A program made the translations under genes and the position numbers. Positions 30,045-41,245 of a DNA stretch of 64,000 bases are shown in pieces. The stretch is from an uncultured Loktanella sp. Lineage in GTDB: Bacteria > Pseudomonadota > Alphaproteobacteria > Rhodobacterales > Rhodobacteraceae. The stretch covers positions 17,833 through 81,832 of the forward strand of contig CAYLMZ010000001.1 of NCBI GenBank assembly GCA_964385035.1, given 5' to 3'. Numbering within the stretch: position 1 is the stretch's first letter; each line of letters begins with the position of its first letter. Below the pieces are notes generated by a model, which saw only the letters and a program-made list of their open reading frames with translations, was not told where the DNA came from and searched no databases.

Positions 30045-31118
30045 ATGAACGTGACGCGCGATGATATTCTGCAAGCCTTGTCCAAACTGACCCTCCCGGG
30101 TGGGACCGATCTGGTCTCAAAAGATATGATTCGTGCCCTCACAATTGACGGAGGTGACGTCAAATTCGTGATCGAAGCCGCCGATCCTGAAGAGGCGTCT
30201 CGCATGGATGCGGTCCGCCGCGCCGCCGAAGACATCGTGCGACGCCTGCCCGGTGTGCAAAGCGCCTCGGTCATTCTTACGGCCCATGGGCCTGCGGCCA
30301 AACCGAAAGATCCACCGTCATTAAAGGTGGGGCGGCACCCAACGCCGCAGGCCGGCCCTGCGAAGGTTTCTGGCGTGGATCGTATTCTTGCGATTGGTTC
30401 GGGCAAAGGCGGCGTCGGTAAATCGACCGTGTCGTCCAATCTGGCCGTCGCTTTGGCCAAGGCAGGGCGCAAGGTCGGTCTATTGGATGCAGATATCTAT
30501 GGGCCGTCACAGCCCCGCATGATGGGGGTCAACAAGCGCCCGGGCTCGCCAGACGGCAAGACAATCATTCCATTGCACGCCCATGGGGTGACCATGATGT
30601 CCCTTGGCTTGATGATGGAAGAGGGCAAGGCCGTTGTCTGGCGCGGGCCGATGCTGATGGGCGCTTTGCAGCAGATGCTTGGGCAGGTGCAATGGGGTAA
30701 ACTTGATGTCTTGATCGTTGATCTGCCGCCCGGCACCGGTGACGTTCAGCTGACCCTTTGCCAAAAAGCAGAGTTGACCGGCGCAATCGTTGTCAGCACG
30801 CCGCAGGACGTTGCCTTGCTCGATGCCCGCAAGGCCATTGATATGTTCAACTCGGTGCGCACCCCGATCCTTGGCATGATCGAAAATATGTCGAGCTTCC
30901 ATTGCCCGACGTGTGGGTCAGAGCATCATATTTTTGGTCATGGCGGTGTCGCAGCCGAAGCTGACAAGATGGGGGTTCCACTTTTGGGAGCGCTCCCGAT
31001 TGATTTGGAGACGCGGCTCGCTGGCGATGCGGGCACACCGATTGCTGCGGGTGATGGACCGATGGCCGAGGCCTACGGCGCTTTGGCGCAGCGCCTGATT
31101 GATGGCGGTATGGCGTGA
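30045..31118 (+). CDS. mrp: Mrp/NBP35 (ApbC) Fe-S cluster carrier ATPase
   Basis: [26 protein letters not shown] and ENMS..CPTC motifs. Confidence 0.93.
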   Translation: MNVTRDDILQALSKLTLPGGTDLVSKDMIRALTIDGGDVKFVIEAADPEEASRMDAVRRAAEDIVRRLPGVQSASVILTAHGPAAKPKDPPSLKVGRHPTPQAGPAKVSGVDRILAIGSGKGGVGKSTVSSNLAVALAKAGRKVGLLDADIYGPSQPRMMGVNKRPGSPDGKTIIPLHAHGVTMMSLGLMMEEGKAVVWRGPMLMGALQQMLGQVQWGKLDVLIVDLPPGTGDVQLTLCQKAELTGAIVVSTPQDVALLDARKAIDMFNSVRTPILGMIENMSSFHCPTCGSEHHIFGHGGVAAEADKMGVPLLGALPIDLETRLAGDAGTPIAAGDGPMAEAYGALAQRLIDGGMA

Positions 31119-31600
31119 TTACGATCCGGCAGGCCGAACCGTCGGATACCGATGCGGTCTGGAGCCTGTTGCAACCCGTCTTTCGCGCTGGCGAAACCTA
31201 TGCAGTGCCTGCCGATATTTCAAAAGAAGATGCCTGTGCGTTCTGGCTTGACGCCCCAGCACGGACCTATGTTGCGCTTTTGGACAGCCAGATCGTCGGC
31301 ACATATTATATCAAAACCAATCACCCGGGCGGCGGAGCGCATATCTGCAACTGTGGATACGTCGTGTCTGACATCGCCCGCGGGCAGGGGATTGCGGGGC
31401 AGATGTGCCTCCATTCCATGGATCAGGCCCGTGCGTTGGGGTATCGGGCAATGCAATACAACCTTGTGCTTACCAGCAACACAGGCGCCGTCCGACTATG
31501 GGAAAAACTGGGCTTTGCCAAAGTGGGAACAATCCCGCAGGCCTTCCGGCACCCGAAGCTGGGGTTTGTTGATGCATATGTCATGTATCAGGCCCTCTAG
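31115..31600 (+). CDS. GNAT-family acetyltransferase
   Basis: ARGQGIA and [13 protein letters not shown] motifs; GTGA overlap with mrp. Confidence 0.88.
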   Translation: MITIRQAEPSDTDAVWSLLQPVFRAGETYAVPADISKEDACAFWLDAPARTYVALLDSQIVGTYYIKTNHPGGGAHICNCGYVVSDIARGQGIAGQMCLHSMDQARALGYRAMQYNLVLTSNTGAVRLWEKLGFAKVGTIPQAFRHPKLGFVDAYVMYQAL

Positions 31601-31757
31601 GGCGGCGTCTGGGATTATCTGGAATCGCTTTTGATTCTGATGAAGTTTCTGAGGAAATCGCGACAAAACTTGTGAAATTGACCGAAGCTCGGGTTTATGG
31701 GTCGAATTTCTCACGATGCTGCGGGAGTTCATGGGTGTGCAGATGTTTTGACCCCAA

Positions 31758-31804
31758 ATACCACATGTAGTGACAAAATGACCTTCATGGCCGACACGTT
31801 GTGC
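31758..31804. promoter_or_regulatory. Tandem NrdR-box-like sites upstream of the dcw promoter
   Basis: ataCCACATGTAGtga and ggcCGACACGTTGtgc; cores 31 bp apart. Confidence 0.4.
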
Positions 31805-31853
31805 TTCGCTGGGCGCATTGTCGAGTTGGTTTGCGTGGCACATGACCAGTTAA

Positions 31854-31878
31854 TCCCAAAAGGTTCCATAAATTCCCA
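31854..31878 (-). promoter_or_regulatory. MraZ-binding direct repeats
   Basis: TCCCA-N5-TTCCA-N5-TCCCA (TGGGA with 10-bp period on the minus strand); further pairs at 31610-31624 and about 31722-31736. Confidence 0.7.
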
Positions 31879-31886
31879 AAAAACTG

Positions 31887-31915
31887 TTGCCTGATTTGGA
31901 AAGCAGTGGCACAAC
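31887..31915 (+). promoter_or_regulatory. Putative dcw promoter
   Basis: TTGCCT-N17-CACAAC directly after the MraZ boxes; gives an approximately 260-nt leader. Confidence 0.45.
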
Positions 31916-31918
31916 AGT

Positions 31919-32129
31919 GTCACGGTAATGACGAATTTGATTTTCAAAGGGGCATAATAAGAACCCCAACCGGCGAAAGTAGCAGGTTTCATACAGGCTT
32001 CGCCATTACCCAAAAGATCCGGCGCGTGAGCGAGCAGACATCCCCCCAGGTGGCACGCGCAGTCGGACTTCCCGCAAAGGGACGAAGGCGGCGGATTGTG
32101 CAGTGGCAGCAGCGCAATCCGCCGTTTTC
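31919..32129 (+). ncRNA. upsM: UpsM-like leader sRNA of the dcw operon
   Basis: Long untranslated leader before mraZ ending in a terminator; about 210 nt, similar to the roughly 200-nt UpsM of Rhodobacteraceae. Confidence 0.75.
32085..32128 (+). terminator. Leader terminator (UpsM 3' end)
   Basis: aaggcggcggattgtgc...gcgcaatccgccgtttt hairpin. Confidence 0.8.
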
Positions 32130-32178
32130 ACATCTAAAGGAATTTTGGGGGCGGGGCAGAAACGAGGGCCGAGGGACA

Positions 32179-32673
32179 GTGGTTCTGAGCTTTACAGGCG
32201 AACACACCCAAAAGGTGGACAGCAAGGGACGCATGTCGATCCCGGCTGATTTTCGTCGTGTGCTCGAGGCCGGCGACCCTGAATGGACCACCGGTCTGAA
32301 CCCACGTCTTTACATGCTTTATGGTGAGCATCTGAAAGAGACGCTGCACGTCTACACTATTGACGGCTTTGCGGAAATTGCAGCGCAGATCAACGCGATG
32401 CCCAAAGGCGACAAGGGCAAGAAGCATCTTTCGAGGCTTATCTTGGGTCAATCAATCAAGCTTGAAGTCGATAAGGATGGGCGCACCGTGATGCCAATCC
32501 GGCAGCGCCAGAAGCTGGGCCTGACCGATGGTGAGCTCTATTTTAGTGGCGTTGGTGACCATTTCGAGATCTGGAAGGCCGAGACCTACGAGGCCACGGT
32601 GGGCCAGTCCATGGCGGATTGGTTGGCAGAACAGCCTGATGACTTTGATCCCTTAAGCTTGCTGGAAACGTGA
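32179..32673 (+). CDS. mraZ: Transcriptional regulator MraZ
   Basis: [23 protein letters not shown] and GVGDHFEIW motifs; GTG start behind GAGGG. Confidence 0.93.
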   Translation: MVLSFTGEHTQKVDSKGRMSIPADFRRVLEAGDPEWTTGLNPRLYMLYGEHLKETLHVYTIDGFAEIAAQINAMPKGDKGKKHLSRLILGQSIKLEVDKDGRTVMPIRQRQKLGLTDGELYFSGVGDHFEIWKAETYEATVGQSMADWLAEQPDDFDPLSLLET

Positions 32674-32678
32674 GGGTG

Positions 32679-33665
32679 ATGATGTCAGCTGCCGCAGACG
32701 AAGCCCCTCATATCCCTGTTCTGATCAGGCCGCTCGTTGCAGCGGTCTCGCCTGTTTCTGGGGTATGGCTTGACGGCACCTTTGGGAACGGCGGCTACAC
32801 GCGCGCCCTGCTTGAGGCTGGTGCGGATAGGGTGATTGGGGTTGACCGTGACCCGCTCGCTTTCGAGATGGCGTCGCATTGGGTGCCGTCTTATGGCGAC
32901 AGGATCGAACTTGTGCAGGGTGTGTTTTCCAAACTGGATGAATATGCATCTGACCTTGATGGCGTTGTGCTCGACCTCGGGGTGAGTTCGATGCAGCTTG
33001 ATCTGGCAGAGCGTGGGTTCTCGTTCATGCGCGATGGGCCATTGGATATGCGTATGTCTCAGGAGGGTCGCTCCGCTGCGGATATTTGCAACGATGCTGA
33101 TGAGGGCGAAATTGCGGACATCATCTATCTTTATGGTGAAGAGCGCGCTTCGCGCCGGATCGCCAAGGCCATTGTTGCCGCGCGCCCTGTGACCACGACA
33201 GGCCAGCTGGCAAAGATTGTCGAGGGTTGTTTACCGCGCGCCAAACCAAACCAGTCTCACCCGGCTACCCGCACCTTTCAGGCCCTCCGGATTGCTGTGA
33301 ACAATGAATACGGCGAACTGGCCGAAGGGCTTATGGCTGCCGAGCGCGCATTAAAACCCGGCGGTCAATTGGCTGTCGTGACGTTCCATTCGGTTGAAGA
33401 TCGTATGGTCAAACGGTTCTTGCAGGCCCGCTCCGGCAACACGGCCAACGCAAACCGCTATGCGCCGGAAACCCAGCAAGTCACGCCTGCATGGCGCGTC
33501 GAAAAACGCAAAGCGATTGGCCCCGACGAACAGGAACTGGCCGAGAACCCACGCTCGCGGTCAGCCAAACTGCGTGTGGCCTACCGAACGGAGGCCCCCG
33601 CTGCCCCCATTGATCCCGCAGAGCTGGGTATGCCGATGAAAAAGCAAAAGAGGGGAGGCCGGTAA
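32679..33665 (+). CDS. rsmH: 16S rRNA m4C1402 methyltransferase
   Basis: [29 protein letters not shown] and [10 protein letters not shown] motifs. Confidence 0.96.
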   Translation: MMSAAADEAPHIPVLIRPLVAAVSPVSGVWLDGTFGNGGYTRALLEAGADRVIGVDRDPLAFEMASHWVPSYGDRIELVQGVFSKLDEYASDLDGVVLDLGVSSMQLDLAERGFSFMRDGPLDMRMSQEGRSAADICNDADEGEIADIIYLYGEERASRRIAKAIVAARPVTTTGQLAKIVEGCLPRAKPNQSHPATRTFQALRIAVNNEYGELAEGLMAAERALKPGGQLAVVTFHSVEDRMVKRFLQARSGNTANANRYAPETQQVTPAWRVEKRKAIGPDEQELAENPRSRSAKLRVAYRTEAPAAPIDPAELGMPMKKQKRGGR

Positions 33666-34024
33666 TGCGTGGTCTATTCTTTGTTTTGACTGCTCTTGCG
33701 GTTATGGGGTTGGCGTTCTGGGCTTATCAGGAAAACTACAAGACCCAGGCGGCAATTGCCGAAGTTCGCGCGTTGCACCGCGAGATTGGCGCCGCACATG
33801 AGCGGTTGAACATTCTGGATGCGGAATGGGCCTATCTGAACCGGCCTGATCGGTTGGCAGATCTGGCGGATCTGAATTTTGAGCGTCTGGGGCTCTTGCC
33901 GTTGATGCCTGACGCCTTTGGGCGTGTAGACCAGATCAGCTATCCAGAACCCCCGTTACTGCCCATCACGAACCCGATTGAGCTGTCCTCTGACCAAGCT
34001 GACATCACGGAGGGTGGATCATGA
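33665..34024 (+). CDS. ftsL: Cell division protein FtsL
   Basis: TM segment plus coiled coil, AEWAYLNRPDRL; position in dcw. Confidence 0.85.
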   Translation: MRGLFFVLTALAVMGLAFWAYQENYKTQAAIAEVRALHREIGAAHERLNILDAEWAYLNRPDRLADLADLNFERLGLLPLMPDAFGRVDQISYPEPPLLPITNPIELSSDQADITEGGS

Positions 34025-35805
34025 TCCGCACCCCCTTGCGTCCTTTGGCAACCGTTTTGCAGGCCCGTGCGAAGGGTGAAGACCCCGCAATGATCGAGGC
34101 GGAAAACAAGGCCCGCCGTCACGCTGAGATGGCCGATAAACAGCGCCAGCGTGCCGAAGGGCGTTTGCTGGTGCTTGGGCTGGCATTTTTTGTGGCCTTT
34201 GGGGTGATCGGTTTGCGCATGGGGGCCCTTGCCTCATCCGTTCCAGAGGAACCACGGGCCGCTGTCGCCGGCAATCCTATCATCGGTCAACGTGCTGATA
34301 TCGTGGACAGAAACGGCCGTATTCTTGCGACCAATCTGCAAACACATTCGCTTTATGCGCATCCACGCGACATGATTGATCCGGTCCGCGCGGCAACTGA
34401 GTTGGCAGAGATTTTTCCCGAACTCGATGCTGATGAACTGCTGAAGGATTTTACAGGTGACCGCCGTTTCTTGTGGATTCGTCGCCAGATCAGCCCAGAA
34501 CAGATGCAGGCCGTTCATGACATCGGTTCGCCCGGCCTGCTTTTTGGTCCCCGCGAGATGCGTCTGTATCCGAACGGTCCGATTGCTGCCCATATCCTTG
34601 GCGGGGCCAGCTACGGGCGTGAGGGTGTCGCCTCTGCTGAAGTCATCGGTGTTGCGGGCGTTGAGCGCCACTTTGACAGTTTCTTGCGCGATCCCGCCTA
34701 TGAAGGCGCGCCTCTTGAGTTGTCGCTGGACTTGACCGTGCAAGCCGTCACCGAGCAGGTCCTTTCGGGTGGCATGACGATCATGAACGCCAAAGGTGCC
34801 TCTTCGGTCCTCATGGATATCCACACGGGCGAGGTGATTGCGATGGCGTCACTTCCCGATTTCGATCCCAATAACCGGCCTGCAGTCCTGACAACGGGTG
34901 ACCAGTCTGACAGCCCACTGTTCAATAGGGCCGTGCAGGGTGTTTATGAACTGGGGTCGGTGTTCAAGATATTCACCGTCGCACAAGCGATGGAGTTGGG
35001 TCTGGTGAACCCCAACACCATGATTGACACTCAAGGGCCGATGTCTTGGGGGCGGTTTCGTATTCGCGATTTCAAGGACTACGGTCCAGAACTCAGCACA
35101 ACCGATGTCATTGTGGAATCGTCCAATATCGGGACAGCGCGCATTGCGATCCAGATCGGCGCAGAACGGCAGCAGGAATTCTTGCGCAATCTTGGCTTTC
35201 TTGAGCCGACGCAAGTTGAAATGGTCGAAGCGCCAACCGGCCGACCACTATTGCCGCGCAACTGGTCCGAGATATCGACAATGACGATTTCATACGGGCA
35301 TGGGCTTTCCTCATCTCCTTTGCACCTGGCCGCGGGCTATGCATCGCTCTTGAACGGTGGAACGCAGGTGACACCGACGCTTTTGCGTCAAGAGGACGTG
35401 CAGACCGGTCCCCGGATCGTGAGCGAGGCTGTAAGTGCAAGGTCGCGCGAGATGCTGCGCGCTGTCGTGACCCGTGGCACGGCATCCTTTGGCGAAGTGC
35501 AGGGCTACGAGGTTGGCGGCAAAACGGGGACGGCTGACAAACCGCGTGCCGCAGGTGGTGGCTACTATGATGACAAGGTGATTTCGACTTTTGCTTCCGT
35601 CTTTCCGGCCAACGATCCAAAGTATATTCTGATTGTCACTTTGGATGAGCCGTCCGAGAATTCAGGTGTCGAGCCACGGCGCACCGCAGGCTGGACCGCG
35701 GTTCCTGTGGCCGCCGAGATGATCCGCCGCGTAGCACCGCTGCTTGGGCTTCGACCACAGGTGGACAGGCCTCAACCGGTCGGTGTAACTCTCACCTCAA
35801 ACTAA
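34021..35805 (+). CDS. ftsI: Peptidoglycan transpeptidase PBP3
   Basis: RADIVDRNG, GSVFK (SxxK), SSN and KTGT motifs. Confidence 0.95.
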   Translation: MIRTPLRPLATVLQARAKGEDPAMIEAENKARRHAEMADKQRQRAEGRLLVLGLAFFVAFGVIGLRMGALASSVPEEPRAAVAGNPIIGQRADIVDRNGRILATNLQTHSLYAHPRDMIDPVRAATELAEIFPELDADELLKDFTGDRRFLWIRRQISPEQMQAVHDIGSPGLLFGPREMRLYPNGPIAAHILGGASYGREGVASAEVIGVAGVERHFDSFLRDPAYEGAPLELSLDLTVQAVTEQVLSGGMTIMNAKGASSVLMDIHTGEVIAMASLPDFDPNNRPAVLTTGDQSDSPLFNRAVQGVYELGSVFKIFTVAQAMELGLVNPNTMIDTQGPMSWGRFRIRDFKDYGPELSTTDVIVESSNIGTARIAIQIGAERQQEFLRNLGFLEPTQVEMVEAPTGRPLLPRNWSEISTMTISYGHGLSSSPLHLAAGYASLLNGGTQVTPTLLRQEDVQTGPRIVSEAVSARSREMLRAVVTRGTASFGEVQGYEVGGKTGTADKPRAAGGGYYDDKVISTFASVFPANDPKYILIVTLDEPSENSGVEPRRTAGWTAVPVAAEMIRRVAPLLGLRPQVDRPQPVGVTLTSN

Positions 35806-35806
35806 T

Positions 35807-37306
35807 ATGGGGCGGGACATGAAGTCACTGGCGGAACTTGGGCTACGGGCACAGGCAGGGCGTGAGGCGCAGATCACCGGGCTGGCCGTAGACAGCCGCG
35901 ATGTCGCGCCGGGGTTCTTGTTTGCAGCGCTGCCCGGTGCACGTGTTCATGGTGGTGAGTTCATTCAATACGCTTTGCGCATGAAGGCTGCCGCAATCCT
36001 GACAGACGCCGAAGGTGCGGCAATTGCTGAAAATGAACTGGCCGAGAGCGATGTTGCTCTGATCGTCGCGCAAGATCCGCGCCAGACCCTTGCACAGACT
36101 GCATCAATCTGGTTCGGCCCGCACCCGCAGACGGTCGTGGCTGTTACCGGCACAAACGGCAAGACGTCCGTTTCGAATTTCTGCCGCCAGATCTGGGAAT
36201 TGATGGGGATTGCAGGCGTGAACCTTGGCACAACCGGGGTCGAGGGCGCCTGGACCCATCCGCTGGCTCATACCACTCCTGAACCCATCACCTTGCATCG
36301 GGTTATGGCAGAGGCCGCAAGACAAGGTGTGAGCCATGTCGCGATGGAAGCCTCTTCGCACGGGTTGGACCAGCGTCGTCTTGACGGCGTGCTGCTTGCT
36401 GCGGCTGGGTTTTCGAATTTTAGCCAAGATCATCTGGATTATCACAAAACCTTTGAAGCCTATTTTGACGCCAAGATGGGGTTGTTCCGTCGCGTCCTGT
36501 CCGAGGATGGCGTGGCCGTCGTGAACCTTGATGATCCCAAAGGGTTGGATGTCGCGCAGATTTGCACCGATCGCGGGCAGGAAGTCTTGGGCGTCGGTCG
36601 TCATGCGGATGCACGCTTGCAGCTGACGGGCCAGCGTTTTGATGGCACCGGTCAGGACCTTCTGTTTTCTTGGCAAGGCAGTGCACAACAGGTGCGTTTG
36701 AACCTGATTGGTGGATTTCAGGCCGAAAATGTCTTGCTAGCCGCGGGCTTGGTGATCGCTGCTGGCGCAGAGCCGGATCAGGTTTTTGAGGCTCTGCCCC
36801 ATCTCAAGACAGTGCGGGGCCGGATGGAATTGGCTGCGACGCGCGAAAATGGTGCGGCGGTTTTTGTCGACTATGCCCACACGCCTGATGCTGTCGAAAC
36901 AGCGCTGAAAGCGATGCGTCCGCATGTGCTGGGCCGTATCATTGTGATCGTCGGCGCGGGCGGAGATCGTGATATGTCCAAGCGCCCTTTGATGGGCAAA
37001 GCGGCAGCGCGCAACGCTGACATTGTGATCGTCACCGATGACAACCCGCGTTCAGAAGACCCCGCACTTATTCGAACCGCTGTCATGGATGGCGCGCGAG
37101 AGGACGCGGATATTGCGGCACTCTTTGAGATCGGCGACAGGGCAGAGGCAATCCTGCGTGGTGTTGATATGTTGGGTGCTGGCGATGCTTTGCTGATTGC
37201 GGGCAAAGGCCATGAAACAGGCCAGACCGTTGGCGATACTGTTCTTCCATTTGATGATGTTGAGCAGGCAAGCGTGGCGGTCGCCGCGCTGGAGGGGCGG
37301 ATATGA
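35807..37306 (+). CDS. murE: UDP-MurNAc-tripeptide synthetase (mDAP ligase)
   Basis: TGTNGKTS, DHLDYH, DYAHTPD, DNPR and AGKGHE motifs. Confidence 0.96.
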   Translation: MGRDMKSLAELGLRAQAGREAQITGLAVDSRDVAPGFLFAALPGARVHGGEFIQYALRMKAAAILTDAEGAAIAENELAESDVALIVAQDPRQTLAQTASIWFGPHPQTVVAVTGTNGKTSVSNFCRQIWELMGIAGVNLGTTGVEGAWTHPLAHTTPEPITLHRVMAEAARQGVSHVAMEASSHGLDQRRLDGVLLAAAGFSNFSQDHLDYHKTFEAYFDAKMGLFRRVLSEDGVAVVNLDDPKGLDVAQICTDRGQEVLGVGRHADARLQLTGQRFDGTGQDLLFSWQGSAQQVRLNLIGGFQAENVLLAAGLVIAAGAEPDQVFEALPHLKTVRGRMELAATRENGAAVFVDYAHTPDAVETALKAMRPHVLGRIIVIVGAGGDRDMSKRPLMGKAAARNADIVIVTDDNPRSEDPALIRTAVMDGAREDADIAALFEIGDRAEAILRGVDMLGAGDALLIAGKGHETGQTVGDTVLPFDDVEQASVAVAALEGRI

Positions 37307-38742
37307 CAGTGCTTTGGACATCATCCGACGCAGCCAGCGCCACCGGCGGCCAAGTTACGCGCGCTTGGGAGGCGACAGGCGTATCAATTGACACGCGCAC
37401 CTTGCAGCCGGGTGATCTGTTTGTGGCGCTTCAAGATGTCCGCGACGGACATGATTTTGTCGCGCAGGCCTTGCAGAAGGGGGCCGCTGCGGCCCTCGTC
37501 TCGCATCGCCCCGATGGGGTGGCGCATGACGCACCCCTGTTGATCGTGGCCGATGTGCTTGAGGGGCTAGAAGCTTTGGGTCGTGCCGCGCGTGCCCGCA
37601 CCTCTGCAAAGGTCGCCGCGATCACAGGCTCGGTCGGCAAGACGTCAACCAAGGAGATGCTGCGCACCGTGCTGGACCGGCAGGGTAAGTGTCATGCCGC
37701 TGAAGCGTCCTACAACAACCATTGGGGCGTGCCGCTGACTTTGGCACGGATGCCTGCTGACGCCGACTATGCCGTGATCGAGATCGGGATGAGTAACCCC
37801 GGTGAGATCACACCTTTGTCGCGGATGGCCCGCCCGCATGTGGCGATGGTCACGACGATAGCGGCGGCGCATTTGGCCTCATTCGATGATCTGTCGGGTA
37901 TTGCGGTTGAAAAGGCCTGTATCATGGATGGACTGGAACCAAGCGGCGTTGCCGTCCTGAATGGCGATGTCGATACAACGCAAATCCTGCAAGATCATGC
38001 CGACAGGTTGGGTGCGACAAAGGTCATGTTTGGCGAGAATGGTCGGGATTGGGCCGTGCAGGATGTGCAGATCAAAGGCGATGTGACAGTGATCACAGCC
38101 CGACATGGGTCGAATGACTATCTGTTCAAATTGTCAGTCCCGGGGCGGCACTTTGCGATCAATGCTGTTGGGGTCTTGGCTGTGGCCGAGGCATTGGGCG
38201 CTGATCCGGTCGCGGCCTCTTTGGACATCGCAGGCTGGGTTCCTCCCGCCGGACGTGGCACACGCGAGATCATCGACATCGACATGGCCAAGGACGGCGA
38301 AAGCCTTGAATTGCTGGACGATGCTTTCAACGCAAATCCAACCTCGCTTGCCGCCTCGCTTGAGGTGCTGGCGTCATCCACGCCTGCCGACAATGTTGGC
38401 CGCACGGTGAAAGGGCGACGTATTGCAATTTTGGGGGATATGCTGGAGCTCGGACCCCAAGAGGCCAAGATGCATGCACAGATGGCTGAAAACGCCCACT
38501 TGCAACGGTTGGATCTGATACATTGTGCCGGCCCGTTGATGCGACACCTGTGGGAGGCACTTCCTGAAGGGCAGCGAGGTGAATGGCGCGAGACTTCGGC
38601 AGAGTTGACCCAGATTGCGAACCGGTTGGTAGACGCGGGCGACGTTGTGCTGGTCAAGGGGTCCAAAGGGTCAAAAGTCAGCCTTGTCGTTGACGCCATA
38701 CGAAAACTGGGGCATCGCCGCTCCGACAAAGACGAAGGATAA
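37303..38742 (+). CDS. murF: UDP-MurNAc-pentapeptide synthetase
   Basis: TGSVGKT, NNHWGVP, DAFNANP and GDMLELG motifs. Confidence 0.96.
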   Translation: MTVLWTSSDAASATGGQVTRAWEATGVSIDTRTLQPGDLFVALQDVRDGHDFVAQALQKGAAAALVSHRPDGVAHDAPLLIVADVLEGLEALGRAARARTSAKVAAITGSVGKTSTKEMLRTVLDRQGKCHAAEASYNNHWGVPLTLARMPADADYAVIEIGMSNPGEITPLSRMARPHVAMVTTIAAAHLASFDDLSGIAVEKACIMDGLEPSGVAVLNGDVDTTQILQDHADRLGATKVMFGENGRDWAVQDVQIKGDVTVITARHGSNDYLFKLSVPGRHFAINAVGVLAVAEALGADPVAASLDIAGWVPPAGRGTREIIDIDMAKDGESLELLDDAFNANPTSLAASLEVLASSTPADNVGRTVKGRRIAILGDMLELGPQEAKMHAQMAENAHLQRLDLIHCAGPLMRHLWEALPEGQRGEWRETSAELTQIANRLVDAGDVVLVKGSKGSKVSLVVDAIRKLGHRRSDKDEG

Positions 38743-38745
38743 CCC

Positions 38746-39828
38746 ATGCTTTATTGGCTGACTGCGTTTTCGGACGGCGGCGATTTCTTTAACCTGTTCC
38801 GCTATATTACGTTCCGGGCTGGTGGCGCGTTCATGACTGCGCTGATTTTCGGGTTCATCTTTGGTAAGCCGTTGATCAATGTGTTGCGTCGCAAACAGGG
38901 TAAGGGCCAACCGATCCGTGACGATGGGCCAGAGGGGCATTTTGCAAAGGCTGGCACACCCACCATGGGTGGTTTGCTGATCGTCGGTGCGTTGACGTTT
39001 TCAACGTTGCTGTGGGCGCGACTGGACAACCCGTTTGTCTGGATGGTTCTTTTCGTGACCCTGTCCTTCGCAGCGATCGGGTTTGCTGATGACTATGCAA
39101 AAGTATCCAAGCAATCGACGGGCGGTGTGTCCGGTAAAGTACGAATACTGCTGGGTATTTTGATTGCAGGCATCGCCGGTTTTTGGGCCGCTGCCTATCA
39201 CCCTGACGATCTGACCAATCAGCTTGCACTGCCGATCTTCAAGGACGTGCTGATCAATCTTGGCATCTTGTTCATCCCTTTTGCGATTGTCGTGATCGTC
39301 GGTGCCGCGAATGCGGTGAACCTGACGGATGGTTTGGATGGGTTGGCGATTATGCCTGCAATGATTGCGGCAGGCACCTTTGGGGTGATCGCCTATGCTG
39401 TGGGGCGTACAGACTTCACCCAATATCTTGATGTGCACTATGTCCCGCAAACAGGTGAGCTGTTGATCTTTACCATGGGTCTGATCGGAGGGGGGCTTGG
39501 CTTTTTGTGGTACAACGCTCCACCGGCGGCTGTCTTTATGGGCGATACCGGATCATTGGCCCTTGGCGGGGCGCTGGGCGCAATTGCCGTTGCCACTAAG
39601 CATGAGATCGTCTTGGCCATCGTCGGCGGCCTGTTCGTTGTCGAAGCCCTGTCGGTGATCATTCAGGTCCTTTACTTCAAGCGGACCGGCAAGCGCGTCT
39701 TCCTGATGGCACCGATCCACCACCACTACGAGAAAAAGGGATGGGCCGAGCCGCAGATCGTGATCCGGTTCTGGATCATTTCGCTGATCCTCGCCATGAT
39801 CGGGCTTGCAACGCTGAAAGTGCGGTAG
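38746..39828 (+). CDS. mraY: Phospho-MurNAc-pentapeptide transferase
   Basis: [24 protein letters not shown] and APIHHH motifs. Confidence 0.97.
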   Translation: MLYWLTAFSDGGDFFNLFRYITFRAGGAFMTALIFGFIFGKPLINVLRRKQGKGQPIRDDGPEGHFAKAGTPTMGGLLIVGALTFSTLLWARLDNPFVWMVLFVTLSFAAIGFADDYAKVSKQSTGGVSGKVRILLGILIAGIAGFWAAAYHPDDLTNQLALPIFKDVLINLGILFIPFAIVVIVGAANAVNLTDGLDGLAIMPAMIAAGTFGVIAYAVGRTDFTQYLDVHYVPQTGELLIFTMGLIGGGLGFLWYNAPPAAVFMGDTGSLALGGALGAIAVATKHEIVLAIVGGLFVVEALSVIIQVLYFKRTGKRVFLMAPIHHHYEKKGWAEPQIVIRFWIISLILAMIGLATLKVR

Positions 39829-39838
39829 GGGTTTCACG

Positions 39839-41245
39839 ATGATACCGGTGCAAGGCTATATTGGGCGTGAAGTGGCGGTTCTGGGCCTTGGCCGGTCAGG
39901 CCGCGCCACGGCCGCAGCACTCAGGGCTGGCGGGGCTATTCCAGTCGTCTGGGACGATAGCGCGACCGCCCGCGATGCTGCTCATGACGCCGGATTTGAT
40001 CTGCGCGACCTGTCAAAGCCCGATGCTTTTGAAGGTGTCGCGGCCCTGATCGTTAGCCCGGGTATCCCGCATCTTTATCCGCAACCCAATCCGGTGATTG
40101 CTGCCGCATGGGATGCCGACGTCCCTGTGGACAATGACATCGGCCTTTTCTTTCGCTCGTTTGCGACATCGGACTGGGATGCGTTTGACACCAGCCCGCG
40201 CGTGATCGCAGTGACGGGATCAAATGGTAAGTCGACTACCTCGGCCTTGATCCACCATATTCTGGTCGAGAATGGCCGCCCATCCCAACTCGCCGGTAAC
40301 ATCGGGCGGGGCGTGTTGGATCTTGAGCCAGCGCATGATGGTGAAGTGATCGTGCTAGAGCTGTCGTCCTACCAGACAGATTTGGCCCGCAGTCTGACAC
40401 CGGACGTCGCCGTCTGGACCAACCTCACCCCTGACCATCTGGATCGGCATGGCGGGTTTGGCGGCTATTTTGCAGCCAAGCGCCGCCTTTTTGCTGAAGG
40501 CGGGCCGGATCGGGCGGTGATCGGTGTGGACGAGGCAGAGGGGCGATACCTCGCAAACCAGCTAAGCGAAGGGCAGGGCGATGATCGCATTATTCGCATC
40601 TCGTCAGGGCAGAAGCTGACGGGTGACGGGTGGACCGTTTTTGCCCGTAAGGGGTTCTTGTCTGAATACCGCAAGGGACGGCAAGTCGGTTCAATCGACC
40701 TACGCGCGATCAAAGGTCTGCCCGGCGCGCATAATCATCAGAATGCTTGTGCTGCCTATGCGGCCTGTCGGTCATTGGGGTTAGGACCACGCGGTATTGA
40801 GGCGGCCATGCAATCTTATGGCGGTCTGCCTCATCGCAGCCAGCTGATTGCGGAGCGCGACGGCGTGGCTTTTGTCAACGACAGCAAAGCCACCAACGTT
40901 GATAGCGCTGCAAAAGCATTGCAAGCGTTCAAGTCGGTTCGCTGGATCTGTGGTGGATTACAAAAGGACGGTGGCTTGGATGCCGTGCTTGCGCATCTGG
41001 GATCCGTTGCAAAGGCCTATGTGATCGGGCGCGAGGCAGAGGATTTCGCCCGCCAACTTGTCGGCATTGATGCTGAAGTTTGCGGCACGATGGACAGGGC
41101 CGTGGCCCGTGCGGCGGCTGATGCACAGGAAGGTGATACCGTCCTTTTGGCTCCTGCGGCTGCATCTTTTGATCAATACGATAGCTTTGAGAAGCGCGGC
41201 GAGGACTTTATTGCTTGCGTGCGTGATCTGGCAGAAGACCGCTAG
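39839..41245 (+). CDS. murD: UDP-MurNAc-L-Ala--D-Glu ligase
   Basis: [22 protein letters not shown] and ASFDQY motifs. Confidence 0.96.
   Translation: MIPVQGYIGREVAVLGLGRSGRATAAALRAGGAIPVVWDDSATARDAAHDAGFDLRDLSKPDAFEGVAALIVSPGIPHLYPQPNPVIAAAWDADVPVDNDIGLFFRSFATSDWDAFDTSPRVIAVTGSNGKSTTSALIHHILVENGRPSQLAGNIGRGVLDLEPAHDGEVIVLELSSYQTDLARSLTPDVAVWTNLTPDHLDRHGGFGGYFAAKRRLFAEGGPDRAVIGVDEAEGRYLANQLSEGQGDDRIIRISSGQKLTGDGWTVFARKGFLSEYRKGRQVGSIDLRAIKGLPGAHNHQNACAAYAACRSLGLGPRGIEAAMQSYGGLPHRSQLIAERDGVAFVNDSKATNVDSAAKALQAFKSVRWICGGLQKDGGLDAVLAHLGSVAKAYVIGREAEDFARQLVGIDAEVCGTMDRAVARAAADAQEGDTVLLAPAAASFDQYDSFEKRGEDFIACVRDLAEDR

Noticed and set aside
31906-32178. 91-aa N-terminal extension of mraZ in the ORF track
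   Set aside because: It runs through the leader RNA and terminator; MraZ homology and the RBS start at 32179.
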